Source of the DNA: Octopus sinensis
Lineage: Eukaryota
Assembly: GCF_006345805.1 (NCBI RefSeq)
Contig: NC_042999.1
Span: 4,464,001-4,528,000, forward strand
Direction: 5' to 3'
DNA length: 64,000 bases
Below, one piece after another: positions 51,621 through 64,000 of this stretch. The translations under genes were made by a program, and so were the position numbers. Every line of letters starts with the position of its first letter. The stretch's first letter is position 1. The notes beneath the pieces are model-generated. The model saw nothing but the letters and a program-made list of their open reading frames with translations. It was not told where the DNA came from and did no database searches.

Positions 51621-52365
51621 ACAGCTATTTCTGATTGCAGTCAACAGCACTGATTTTTTTTTTTAAAGAAAATTAAAATTTTATACTTTTCCTCGGCATG
51701 TTTGTCTGTGGATGTATGGGTGTGTGGACCATATCTATATATATATATGTTCAAGCAAATTTATGTATGGGTGGGTGAGTGTGTGTCTGTGTGTGTGTGT
51801 TGTAGAGAGTTGTATGGACAAAGAAAGAAATTACAAATAATTCTAAAGAATGAATTGTTGTTTGTTTATTTTGATTTATATCATTGTTTTTTTCTCTTTT
51901 CTCTCAAGAAGCAAATTTTAAAAAAATTCCTAACATTCTCTCTTGCAGTTCATACAATGCTTGGTCTCATGTACTTTAATCTGCTATAATCAACCATTTT
52001 AATGTAATAAGCCAAAATTCTTTCTGCTGTTACATATTCAATACTATTTCATTCCATTCCCTTCTTATATATTCTTGCTACTCTGAGGTTTGGGGCTTTA
52101 GCAACACAATTTATAAAACCAACAGAGGAGTGCTAAAGTGGAATCAGGATCTAGCATTCAAATTCTGTCAGACTTATTATAATACTTCAATTTATTTTCA
52201 CATTGTGAAACACATGAACAAGAGTTTATGTTGTCAACTATATAATATTAATCTTTCATATATGGTTAGATAAAATAATGCTTAAAGTCTTTCATTCTCT
52301 CTCCCTCTCTCTTTCTCTGAGTGTGTGTTGTGTATATATATACACATATATATTTACAGATAACT

Positions 52366-52422
<57 letters not shown>

Positions 52423-52631
52423 ATATATATGTATGTGTATGTATAGTTTGCATATACATATGCATATATATATTTGTCTTTATATAATATAAATATATAT
52501 ATATATATATTGACATAAATATATATATAAACATCATATATATATTTATAAATATAAACATCATATATATATATATTGACATAAATATATATATATATAT
52601 ATAAATATAACTCATATATATATATATTGAC

Positions 52632-52686
<55 letters not shown>

Positions 52687-54684
52687 ATCATATATATATA
52701 TATATATATATTGCTTATTCAGTAACTTTATTTCATGCAAAAGCTTTAAGCATAAAACAGCTTTAAACTAAATAATTTCTTGTAAGGTATTAAATATTTT
52801 TATCATCACAAGGAAAAAAAACACATTTTTTTTTTATTCTTTAAAAAAAAAGCCATTAAATTCCTGATTGCCATTAATCCTGATGCAGTTGGCTCTTGGG
52901 AAACAGGAAGAAGTAAGGCAATACATTGGAGAAAGAATATAATTCCTTTCTCATATTTTGTATAAGAAAATTGGTTAAGACAACTGACATCTCTTACAAT
53001 GTCCTTTTCTTATTTTGGGAGCAGAAAAAAATATTAAAAACAAACCTGATTTTACTCTTTATGAGTCGGCCTAAATCCAGTTAAAAGAAGGCCTGAAGGG
53101 GATCTAATGAATGTTTCTTCTTAGATTACTGAAATTTAGTACTTTTCTTCAAACAGCCATAGACCATTACTATGTGACGAATGTAAAAGCCATTTGAAAA
53201 ATAGAAGATGCATTGAATGACATATAGTTAAAGGAATCTAATTTCAGAAGAAAGTCCATTAACAGTTTTTTTTTTTTTTTTTTTTTTTTAAATATTGTCC
53301 ATGTTCTTATGGTTCATATTCTTCAATTTCTAACTCTATTGCTTTTACACAGTGTGACTATATGTTCCAGCATGAACAAACATTATCTTCGAGTTAAGAA
53401 AAAAAATATAAATAAACAAAACATGGAAAATGTCTGTCCTTTTTTTTTTTTTATTTAACAAATTGCATTCAGCATTTATTTTTAATTAAAATAACTTATT
53501 AAAAAAAAATAACAAAAAAGAAAAAAACTCATATACTTCCTTTAATGAAAAAGTGTGTGTTTCTATCCCACATATACCCCCTGTTTCTTTGCTTTTATCA
53601 CTCCATTTTCACTGCTTTTACTCTTTCTCCAACCCTCCTGTTTTGTCTTCTATATCCACTATGCTTTTTATGACTCCGCTTTCTGTGTCCAATTCTAGAG
53701 ACAAAAAAACCATTGCTATTTTCATTGTTTCCCCTCTAAGATGAAAAACTGAAAAACAACATTGCTTCACTCTGGTTTTAGTCTTTGACAGCTAGAAAAG
53801 TAGTAAACTTACTACTTACATTTCTGATTATATAATGGGGTTTATAAACATGTCAGTGAGCGAGTGAGTATGTGTGTGCGTGTGTGTGTGTGTGTGTGTG
53901 TGCGTGTGCGTGCATGCATGTGTGTGTGTGTGTGTAAAAACAGTGTCCTTGTCTGTCTTTGAATCATTTGTTATGTGGGAAAGATTTAATATTTCATTCT
54001 TCTTACTTCAAATTTGTTGTTGGGCGGGGTGGAGGTTAATATTTCAATATAATTATTTTTAAAAAATGTAAAAATAAAAATTTGAAAAAAAAAAAACATA
54101 CAGCTATGTGATCCGACTATGATGGTTTTCATCTTGGTCTTTCTGCAGAACTTATGTTGCCATGCAACAAAACAGTTAAACTGAAACTAAATAAATTAAC
54201 AAGTGTGTGAGTGTTTGAGTACGTGGAGGAAAAAGAGAGAGAGAGAGAGAGAGAGATAAAGAGAAGAAAGAAAAACAAATGTATGTAAATATGTATGAAT
54301 TCACAAAATACAAATATAAAAAAATATAAAGGGAGAATTCTGTATCTCTGTGAAGATTCCAAGATATTTCTTAATCTTTTAACTGCAGAATTTCATTGTT
54401 TCTTTTTTTTTCCCCCTTTTTTTTTTCATTATTCATTTCCCTGCTTTAATAGATAATATGAAGAAAAATGAAAAAAAAAATTCATATTTAAAAAAAACAA
54501 CAAAAATGAATGAACAGAAGAAACATATGAATTTTCTGTCCATTTTTCAGATGATATACAAATATGTACATTTAAGCACTAACTATATCTTAGAGGCTAC
54601 AATTAAAAAAAATATCTCTTAATATGCTACTAAAATATCTGTTTGGAAAAGTAACCGTTAGCTTACATATATGTATGTATATAG

Positions 54685-54724
<40 letters not shown>

Positions 54725-55049
54725 CATGAGGGATAATAACTTCATTCTGATAAAAAAAACTGGTTTAAAATGGTAAATATGACAATGTGTACAAGAAATA
54801 TTCTGTAATTCTCACACTTTATTTAATGCTATTTTTCATGTCGAAAGTCATCGCTTTCCATAATGTAAAATTAATAAGCTTAAGTGATAAAAAATATATT
54901 GGTGCTGTCTTTTGTCACTGTGACAAACCCCACCTCCCAAGTTTCATTTAATAAGAGATGGTAGAGAAGAGATTGCAACTGATTGGGAAGAAACCAATCA
55001 AATGTTTGAGAAATATTCACAATTTTATTATCATTATTATTATTATATT

Positions 55050-55266
55050 AAGGCTGTGAGCTGGCAGTATCGTTAGCACATCAGGCAAAATGCTTAGTGG
55101 TATTTAGTTCGTCTTCATGTACTGAGTTCAAATTCTGCTAAGGTAGACTTTACTTTTCATCTTTTCCGGGTCAATGAAATTAGTACCGGTTGAGCACTGA
55201 GGTTGATGTAATCGACATAACCCCTCCTCCAGGATTTCAGGTTTTGTGACCATAGTAGAAAGGATC

Positions 55267-55302
<36 letters not shown>

Positions 55303-55662
55303 GAGGCAGTGAGTTGGCAGAATCGTTAGCATATCAGGTGAAATGCTTAGCAGCATTTTGTCCATCTTTACATTCTGAGTTCAAATTCCACCGAGGTCAC
55401 CTTTCCCTTTCATGCTTTCAAGACTGATAAAATAAGTACCAGTTGAGTACTGGAGGTGATATAATCAAATTGTCCCCTCCCCGAAATTTCAGGCCTTGTG
55501 CCAAAATTTGAAACTGTTATTGCTGTTGTTGCTGTTATTACGTGGGTTGTGAACTAGCAAAACTGTTGGTGCATCAGGAAAGAAATGCTACACACTATTC
55601 TGGCACTTATCTTTCTGAGTTCGAATTTAGTCAAGGGCAACTTTGCCTTTCATCTTTTCAGA
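55050..55662 (+). mobile_element. Three head-to-tail SINE family F copies separated by (TTA)n/(TTG)n tails
   Basis: GAGCTGGCAG...TGAGTTCAAATTC...CTTTCATC recurs near 55050, 55305 and 55545. Minus-strand copies lie at ~56360-56570 and ~58305-58512. Confidence 0.8.
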
Positions 55663-58512
55663 ATGTAAGTTGGTCTTTACAAGCATTCAATCCCACTTTT
55701 TTACAGCATTTCAGTTTTATTGGTTGTAAATCATTGCTTACAAGCCAAAGATGAATATAACATCTTAACTAATATTACACTTTGATGTTAGTTACCAGAT
55801 ATGAAACCATAATAATGAAATTATTTTGTATGGTGCCCAGGTGCACTACAACTCATCAAAGATGCATGAACAGTGCATAGAATCATGTACAAAAGTCAGG
55901 AAAGTGACCAGTGTAAGAGTCCTGTAATTATTTGGGTTTCAACAGTCTTTTGATGGAGAAAATCTTACAAGTAGTATCTCCTATGATAGCCAAATTTAGA
56001 GTTGATGTGGAGATTTTCAATAATGAAGTTGTTGAACTCTTCAGAGGCAAATACTTAAATATGTTTAAGGAGTGTTAATCCAAAAGTTTTTAATTTTATT
56101 AACTCTTGGATATCTACAACTTCTTTTACCAGCCAAAGCAGCTTCTCCATCTTTTTGGTATTTGCTTCCCATATAGATAGCTATGATGTCCATTTATTCT
56201 CCTTGTTAAGAATGTTTTTGCTATTTGCCAATATACTTTTATTATTTTATTCTTATTACTATAACTATTATTACTATAATTATTATTTGTCTCAGCCTTC
56301 AACATATAGTTCTACTTACAATAACTATGATGATAATAATGATAATAATAATAATAATCCTTTCTCCTCGAAGCACAAGGCCTCAAATTTGGTGGGAGAG
56401 AACTAGTTGATTACATTGACCCCAGTGTTTCACCGGTACCTAATTTATCGACCCCAAAGGATGAAAAGCAAATTAACCTCACCAGAATTTGAACTCAGAT
56501 CGTAAGAACAGACGAAATGCTGCTATACATTTTGCCCCGTGTGCTAATGATTCTGCCATCTCACCACCTTGATAATAATTATAACGATAATAATTTCTTA
56601 CATTGGCACATGATCAGAAATGTCTGGCCAAAGGATAGAGTTGACCCTAATGTATAACTGGTGGATTTATTTAATCAACTAAAGATCTATTTATGGCAAA
56701 GTCAACCTCAATAGAATTAGAACTCATGAACAGACCAAGTGAAATGCTATGAAGTAGTCTGTCTTACTCTATATTATTTTATTATTTCAGCTTTGAAATC
56801 CCTTCCAAAGGAGATTTGAACACACTTTTATCGTGGCTGTTGTTTATAGTTGTTCTCGGCTAGTGTATTCTATGGCCACTGATCATGTGCTATCGCATTC
56901 TTCTTATCCAAACACAAAGTCAGCACTTATCGGTATCTCTCAGCTGATAGATATCACTTCCAATAGAAGGGCATGGTCAGTTACTGGTTCCAATATATTT
57001 AGTTGGAAATGACCCCCAAAGCTGATGAGCAACAATACTTATTACTAGGATTTATAAAAACGTAGAAATCAATGACATAACCTCTTAGAATGTATACTGA
57101 GTTTGTCCAGCTCCTATATATGTTCAAAAATTGATATTGCTCTGTTTGTGTTCCACAAGAGACTCCTTTAACAATATTTGCAGACTGACATTTACTCATT
57201 ATTTTAGAGCTGTCACTTATGCTGAGAAGGAGAATACCATATTTTCCAATGTCTAAGATGCACTCATGTTTAAGACCTACCCCTATTTCACAAGTATATT
57301 TTGTGGGAAAAGACAGATTTAGTATGTTTCATTGGTGCACTTATTGACAGATATATTTAAGTAGTTTTGTAGGGGGAAGAATGTATGATTTTGTGTGTGT
57401 ACAACACTGTAGCAATAGGCTTAGGCAAGACACTTTATTTCACGTTGCTCCAGTCCACTCAGCTGGCAAAAATGAGTAGTACCTGTATTTCAAAGGGCTG
57501 ACCTTGTCACACTTTGTGTCACACTGAATCTCATTAAGAACTACATTAAGAATACACATGTCTGTGGAGTACTCAACCACATACATGTTAAATTCACAGG
57601 CAGGCTATTTGGTTGATTGACTCACCTGGAACACCCATTGTCGTAATGAAGGGTGAACCAGACCAGACTGCTGTAACGTATTAAACCGTAGGCTTATTAT
57701 ACATATTATGTTATACAAGTACCGTATTTCAGTTTTATCTCCTTTCAAATCAACTTTATAATTATCTGTATTTTAGTCAGGAGAATAGCCCAACACAGGA
57801 TGTGACACCCAACATGTCTACCAGTGTTCTACAAAGTTTGTGCTAACAGTTGGTGTTAATTTGCCATATTTTCAATCTTTTAGTCAGGAGTAGCAATCCT
57901 TGTCCCCTGCAGGATTATGCTCATTCAGTTCCTGACTCTATGCTGCTCAATCTCCCAGCCATTACAGCTGCATTAGATGTAGGGTAAGTTTTTGATACAT
58001 ATAAAGGAAAAAGCATATCTTATATGCAAGCAAATATGGTATGTATGATCTCAGTGGTAGTCTAAGCACCATGTTCAAGCCTTTATAAGCTTGTTATTCT
58101 TTGGGCAACAACAAAATAGAATCTGGTGCTAAGACAAGTTTGAAATAAGTAATGATAGCTTGAAAGAACTAAAATTGCCCGAGGAAAAGAATTCCTCATA
58201 AATTTTTTTCAGGCCTAATAAAAACTATTTTTCCCCATTTGCAGTAGTCAATTCTCTATATGCAAATTAAACAACAACAACAACAACAGTAACAATAATA
58301 ATAATAATCCTTTCTACTATAGGTACAAGGCCTGGGTTTTTGTGAAGAGGTTTTTCTGAACCCAGAACATAACTAGTACTTAATTTATCGATCCCGAAAG
58401 GATGAAAGGCTAAATCAACCTTGGCAGAATTTGAACTCAGAATGTAGCGGCAGACAAAATACTGCTAAACATTTCGCCCAGTGTGCTAATTATTCTGCCA
58501 GCTCACCACCTT

Positions 58513-58532
58513 AACAATAATAATAACAACAA

Positions 58533-58603
<71 letters not shown>

Positions 58604-58646
58604 TAATGATGATGATAATGATAATGATGATAATAATAATAATAAC

Positions 58647-58679
<33 letters not shown>
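58513..58679. repeat. (AAT)n/(GAT)n microsatellite
   Basis: Seen directly. Confidence 0.95.
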
Positions 58680-59368
58680 TGAAAATGCTGATGATAATGT
58701 CAATTATTGTTGGATCCTTGGCAACAGAATCAAAAGGTGTTGAGGGGACTATTAAAGGAAATGGAAATAAAATGCCCAGTAGGGCTTTTGCCAAAAAAAA
58801 GGGGTTTGCTTCTTTGGCATGGCCAGAATCATCGAGAAAGTATTAGAAGAGAATGAGTGGCAGGGTACTGTAGGTTACAGGTAGTAAGCCCATTATTCAG
58901 GCAAGACTTCAGGTGTTCCAACAAAACATGAGTCAAGAGAATAATAATTATTATTATTTCTATGATATTCATAAAGATTAAAATTTTGGGGCAAGGGGCT
59001 TGTCAATTACATCAACCCCAGTGCATAACTGGTACTTATTTCATTGACCTTGAATGGATGAAAGGCAAAGTCAACCTTAGCTGTTAATCTTAAAACCCCT
59101 TTTTTTTTCTTTATAGTTTAAGCTTAACACATAAATATAAGGTTAAGAATATTAAGAATCTTGTTGACACCTGAGTGTGAAAATATCATATTTATAAGAA
59201 TATTGGAATAACAAAAGAATAAACAGTTATGCTATGAACTTCTTAAGGGTTTATTCCTTCTACTCCTTTGTCATCCCAATTTCTTATATATACATGTTTG
59301 TGTGTGTGTGTGTGTGTGTGTGACCATGTGCTGGCAAATGCATAATTTTCATACATGTATGAATGTAT

Positions 59369-59780
59369 AGGCGCAGGAGTGGCTGTGTGGTAAGTAGCTT
59401 GCTAACCAACCACATGGTTCCGGGTTCAGTCCCACTGCGTGGCATCTTGGGCAAGTGTCTTCTGCTATAGCCCCGGGCTGACCAATGCCTCGTGAGTGGA
59501 TTTGGTAGACGGAAACTGAAAGAAGCCTGTCGTATATATGTATATATATATAAGTGTGTGTGTATATGTTTGTGTGTCTGTGTTTGTCTCCCTAGCATTG
59601 CTTGACAACCGATGCTGGTGTGTTTATGTCCCCATCACTTAGCGGTTCGGCAAAAGAGACCGATAGAATAAGTACTGGGCTTACAAAGAATAAGTCCCGG
59701 GGTCGATTTGCTCGACTAAAGGCGGTGCTCCAGCATGGCCACAGTTAAATGACTGAAACAAGTAAAAGAGTAAAAGAGTA
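59369..59780 (+). mobile_element. SINE family A, full length
   Basis: Near-identical to 4416-4823. Confidence 0.92.
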
Positions 59781-60617
59781 TATATTTTTGTTGCTTTAGG
59801 GAGCTATATTTTATGCTAAGTTAAACACAAACTTGAATTTGAAATGAAACCCTGTTCAACACCGATGTATAATATTTTTGTGGTTTCCACTTAATAACTA
59901 TCCTTTGATATCAAAAATCTAACAACCAGAATCTCTCTGGATTATAAAAATTAGATTGTGAATCTGTTGATTTTTACACACACGAAAATGCACAGATGTG
60001 GCTACCATTGCATGTATTTACATTTTAGAAAGTTTTCCTTTAAATATGGTTGGATTTTGATTTAAGAAGGATCAGCTTAAGGTCCCTTTTCATGTTTTTT
60101 TTTTCCATAAACTCAAATTCTGCTTACTACACACATATATATATATATACACATACTATTTAAACATTTGAATGTGTGCATACAAGATTTATATAATATG
60201 AATATTAAACACACACATATGTATGTATGTTTGTATGTATAAGTATGTATATATCCCCCTGTAGAAACCATACCAAGGCAGACTTTAGATCATGGTGCAA
60301 TCCTCTGACTTGTTAGCTCCTGTCAAATGATCCAACCCATGCCAGCATGGAAAACACAAATTAAATGGTGATGACATTGATATATACAAAGCAAAGCATG
60401 AGAGATTTTTTGTAAGACATTTAGTTCTATTATATTTTATAAGATATTTAGTTATATTATCTTACATATATTTCATTAACATTAGGTGATAATTAGTTAC
60501 ATAATATAAATCACATAATCAATACACTGTTAAATCATCAGAGAAGTGTAACTTTAATGTGTAATATTATTGGATTGAACACTCATTGACAGAATTCACC
60601 AGTGTGGAGATGGCAAG

Positions 60618-60666
<49 letters not shown>

Positions 60667-61139
60667 TACATTTGCAGTTATTCTATTCAGATTACAAGTT
60701 CAGGTTTATACTGTAATTATTGGGACCCTGAGATATGTAATACACTGCCTAAATACCAATCTTCAGAAATTAGGCTTCTCAAAACCAGAAAGGAGAAAGT
60801 TAATTCAAAGACTACAGATCCAATCTATCACTGGAATTGTAAAAATCTGTAAAACTTTCCAGAAGTTTATCATTTAAATATATATGAGCGTGTCTAGATA
60901 TGCAACTATATTCATAAGAATACATACATAAAACAAAATATACAAATCTGCACATATACATACATACATACATACATACATATACACACATACATACACA
61001 CGTACATATAAACACATACAAACATACCCTGTTGTTGATGTTGAAATTCCAATGGAGGAGCCTTGGATCTGTATTAGAAACTGTCTCTTTCGCTATTGAC
61101 AAGAAATCTTGAAATAATTCATTATTGAACATTACATTT

Positions 61140-61387
61140 CATCATCATCATCAGCATTGTTTAACGTCTGCTTTCCATGCTAGCATGGGTGGGACGGTTC
61201 AACTGGGGTCTGGGAAGCCAGAAGGCTGCGCCAGGCTCAGTCTGATCTGGCAGTGTTTCTACAGCTGGATGCCCTTCCTAACGCCAACCACTCCATGAGT
61301 GTAGTGGGTGCTTTTTACAGGCCACCTGCACAGGTGCCAGATGAGGCTGGCAAACAGCCAAGTCAGATGGTGCTTTTTACGTGCCAT
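61140..61387 (-). mobile_element. Retroposon family D
   Basis: (CAT)n tail, CCATGCTAGCATGG, GGATGCCCTTCC. Confidence 0.85.
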
Positions 61388-61948
61388 GCAAAGTGTAAAC
61401 AACATAATAATAATAAATAAATAAAACTAAAACAATAGGGGTACACAGAAAAGGTTCGTTAAATTTATTTATGTGCAAATTACACATCAGCCAGCACAAG
61501 TAATTTGATGAGACAAATGTTTGCTGAATGCTTCCATGGGCCACATAAAAGCCTGTGGACCATAAATTGCCCACCCCTGAGCTAGTAGATTCTGAAGAGC
61601 ATCCAACAAAATACTTTGTCATGACTAGTTAATCCCATTTCTTTATTATGAATGCCATATCCTGTTAGTATCAACTTTACCTTACTCAACTATTTCTTGC
61701 TCAGAAATTTAAGGTTTTTATTTGCTAGAAATCCTTATTGGACAGAATCAGTTGAAAAATGGGGAAAAAATTCCTTCTAGTATTTTATCTCTGTCCTTTT
61801 ATATTCTGAGTTCAAATTCTACCAAGTACAACCTTTCACCATTTCAAGGTCAGTAATATTTCAAACTCATCTAGTAGTAGCGTTGATCTTATTGACTGAC
61901 CCCCAAACCTCAAAACTGCTGGTCCCATGCCAGACAGGATTGTTAGAG

Positions 61949-62106
61949 CAGTGGTTTGCAAATTTTTAATATCCAGGCCAGATCCAAAACCTAGATTTCA
62001 TTTGAGGTCCACACCAAAGAATAGAGTAAAACACAAGTCAAATAAAGAAAATTTTCTTACATTTCTAGAGGGAAGACCATTGGGACCCACTGGAAGAGAA
62101 CTGCTG
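61949..62106. mobile_element. hAT (Charlie-like) MITE inserted in a family F SINE
   Basis: 8-bp TSD TGTTAGAG at 61941-61948 and 62107-62114; imperfect TIRs CAGTGGTTTGC...GAGAACTGCTG. Confidence 0.8.
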
Positions 62107-63047
62107 TGTTAGAGTATCAGGAAAATGCTTTGCAGCATTCATTCCTTCTCTTTACATTCTGAGTTCAAATCCCACTGAGATCAACTTTGCCTTTCATCCC
62201 CACCCCCTCGACCAGGGCCAGCAATATAAGGTGCCAGTCAAGTACTGGGATCGATATAATTGACTAACCACTTCCCCTAAAACTGTCAGCCTTGTGCCAA
62301 AATTTAAAGCTGTTATTATCAAGGTGGCTAACTTACAGAATTGTTTGTGAATCAGACAAAATGCTTAGCAGCATTTCTTCCAGTTCTTTACATTCTATGT
62401 TCAAACGCCACCAAGGTTGACTTTGCCTTTCATCCTTTCAGTTCAATAAAATAAAGAACCAATCAAGTACTGGAGTTGATATAATCACTTTGCTCCCTCC
62501 TTCAAAATTACTGGCCTGTGACAAAATTAGAAAGAACTATTATTGTTGTTGTTATAGTTGTTATTTATGGCATACTGGTTAAAAATTGCTACAAAATTAT
62601 AAATTTTAATTAAATTATTTTGTTTATGAAAAATATCCTCCAAACCCTAATAAGGCAATGCATTTTTAATTTAAACATGCACACACAAATAATTTATTCA
62701 TTAATCATACATCCTCACAGGAATTACTTTCACAGTCTCTCCCACTTGGTCGGGCATAAGACCACTCTGCCACTCTTCAAATTATTGGTAAGGAGAAACA
62801 AGAATTCACGCTTCTTCCCTTCTCTCCAAGCCATAGAAACAAGACATGAAACCATTCCAGGCAGCAACCAAAATCAAATAATGAACACCATTTGCTGAAA
62901 TAATCCATCACTATTTCAGCATTGTCCAAGTTAATTGTAAGAAATTAGTCAATAATTGTACACAAGACTGCAATGCCTTGTGAAGCTGGTGCTTGGCTTT
63001 TAATTCTGTTATAGTAAGCAAACAAGTAATACACCTCCCTCCCTCTT

Positions 63048-63105
<58 letters not shown>

Positions 63106-63143
63106 TTGATATATTATATATATATATATAGATCTATATATAT

Positions 63144-63198
<55 letters not shown>

Positions 63199-64000
63199 TA
63201 CAGTACCATTCTATTAAAGCATTCCCAGCCAATTTTGTATATGTTTCCCTACCTATATATATCCAGTGAGATTATATAAAACTGCCTGAATAGTTAACTA
63301 TGTAAATCATGCTAAGTAGTGAGTGTTTTAGAAAGCTAATGCATTTGACAAATATAATAGAAGCCGTGTAAGAGTGCAGAGAATCTTTACATGTACTCTT
63401 ATTGGTTATGTATGCAGGCATCCTTCCTATAATAATGTCAAAAGTGTCAGACCTAAAGAGTATTTAGCTTCCTTGCTAAAGGTAGGAGAAGGAAATATGT
63501 CATATTATTGGTGATTCATGTAAGGAAATGAATATTTTAGACAATAATATTGTGAACTTATTGTAGACAGTGCTCAGGTGTGCTACAACTCACCAGAAAA
63601 AGTAGCCAAAAGTGCATGAACAGTTCATAGAATAATGCACAGGAAGTGGGCAGTGATATTTCTAAATACAATATTAGTAAACTATTATTGAAGATAATCT
63701 TATAATGGATTTAATTAGGAAATGAAAAATTTATAATAAAAACCTATTTCATTATCATGGTCATTTGGTCATTAGAAACAATTATATTCAAATAAGCTAC
63801 AAAATATTAGTTAGACCTGATATAACCTAAACAGATATCTCATAATACTCAAATAATAATGTTTTATGTATATATGTGTGTGTGTATGTATATATTTAAG
63901 TTGTATTTGAAATTAAAGTTTCTGTAGGAGACTTTAAGGTGTAGTATCCAAACCTTGTTTTGGGAATGTCCCTTGTAGTGTGCCTGCAGAGCACATTCAC

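Noticed and set aside
51460-51666. Poly-Asp ORF
   Set aside because: It is a (GAT)n microsatellite with no splice context or homology.
56791-56863. Possible alternative terminal exon FEIPSKGDLNTLLSWLLFIVVLG* after tatttcag
   Set aside because: It needs a phase-2 donor and exon H ends in phase 0; there is no conserved Cys, so it is probably chance.

Overview
AT-rich, microsatellite- and SINE-dense animal genomic DNA; the SINE families look like those of Octopus (cephalopod), which is my inference. None of the listed ORFs is a complete gene and most are (TA)n/(CA)n artefacts. Splicing exons by hand gives the 3' end of one plus-strand gene, a voltage-gated Ca2+ channel alpha2/delta subunit (CACNA2D3/4, straightjacket-like). 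Its nine exons are 4918-4991, 6854-6932, 22693-22745, 25341-25396, 28153-28363, 30748-30773, 31222-31356, 35961-36046 and 41871 onward. Phases are consistent through 36046; the frame of the last exon is ambiguous. Intron 31357-35960 is a U12 (minor-spliceosome) GT-AG intron. The introns hold at least five SINE-like families, piggyBac and hAT MITEs, non-autonomous Helitrons and an 828-bp tandem duplication. They also hold several (TA)n-embedded fold-back elements with minimal hammerhead-ribozyme motifs (Penelope-like pLTR remnants), including a near-perfect 441-bp palindrome. No second protein-coding gene could be supported.
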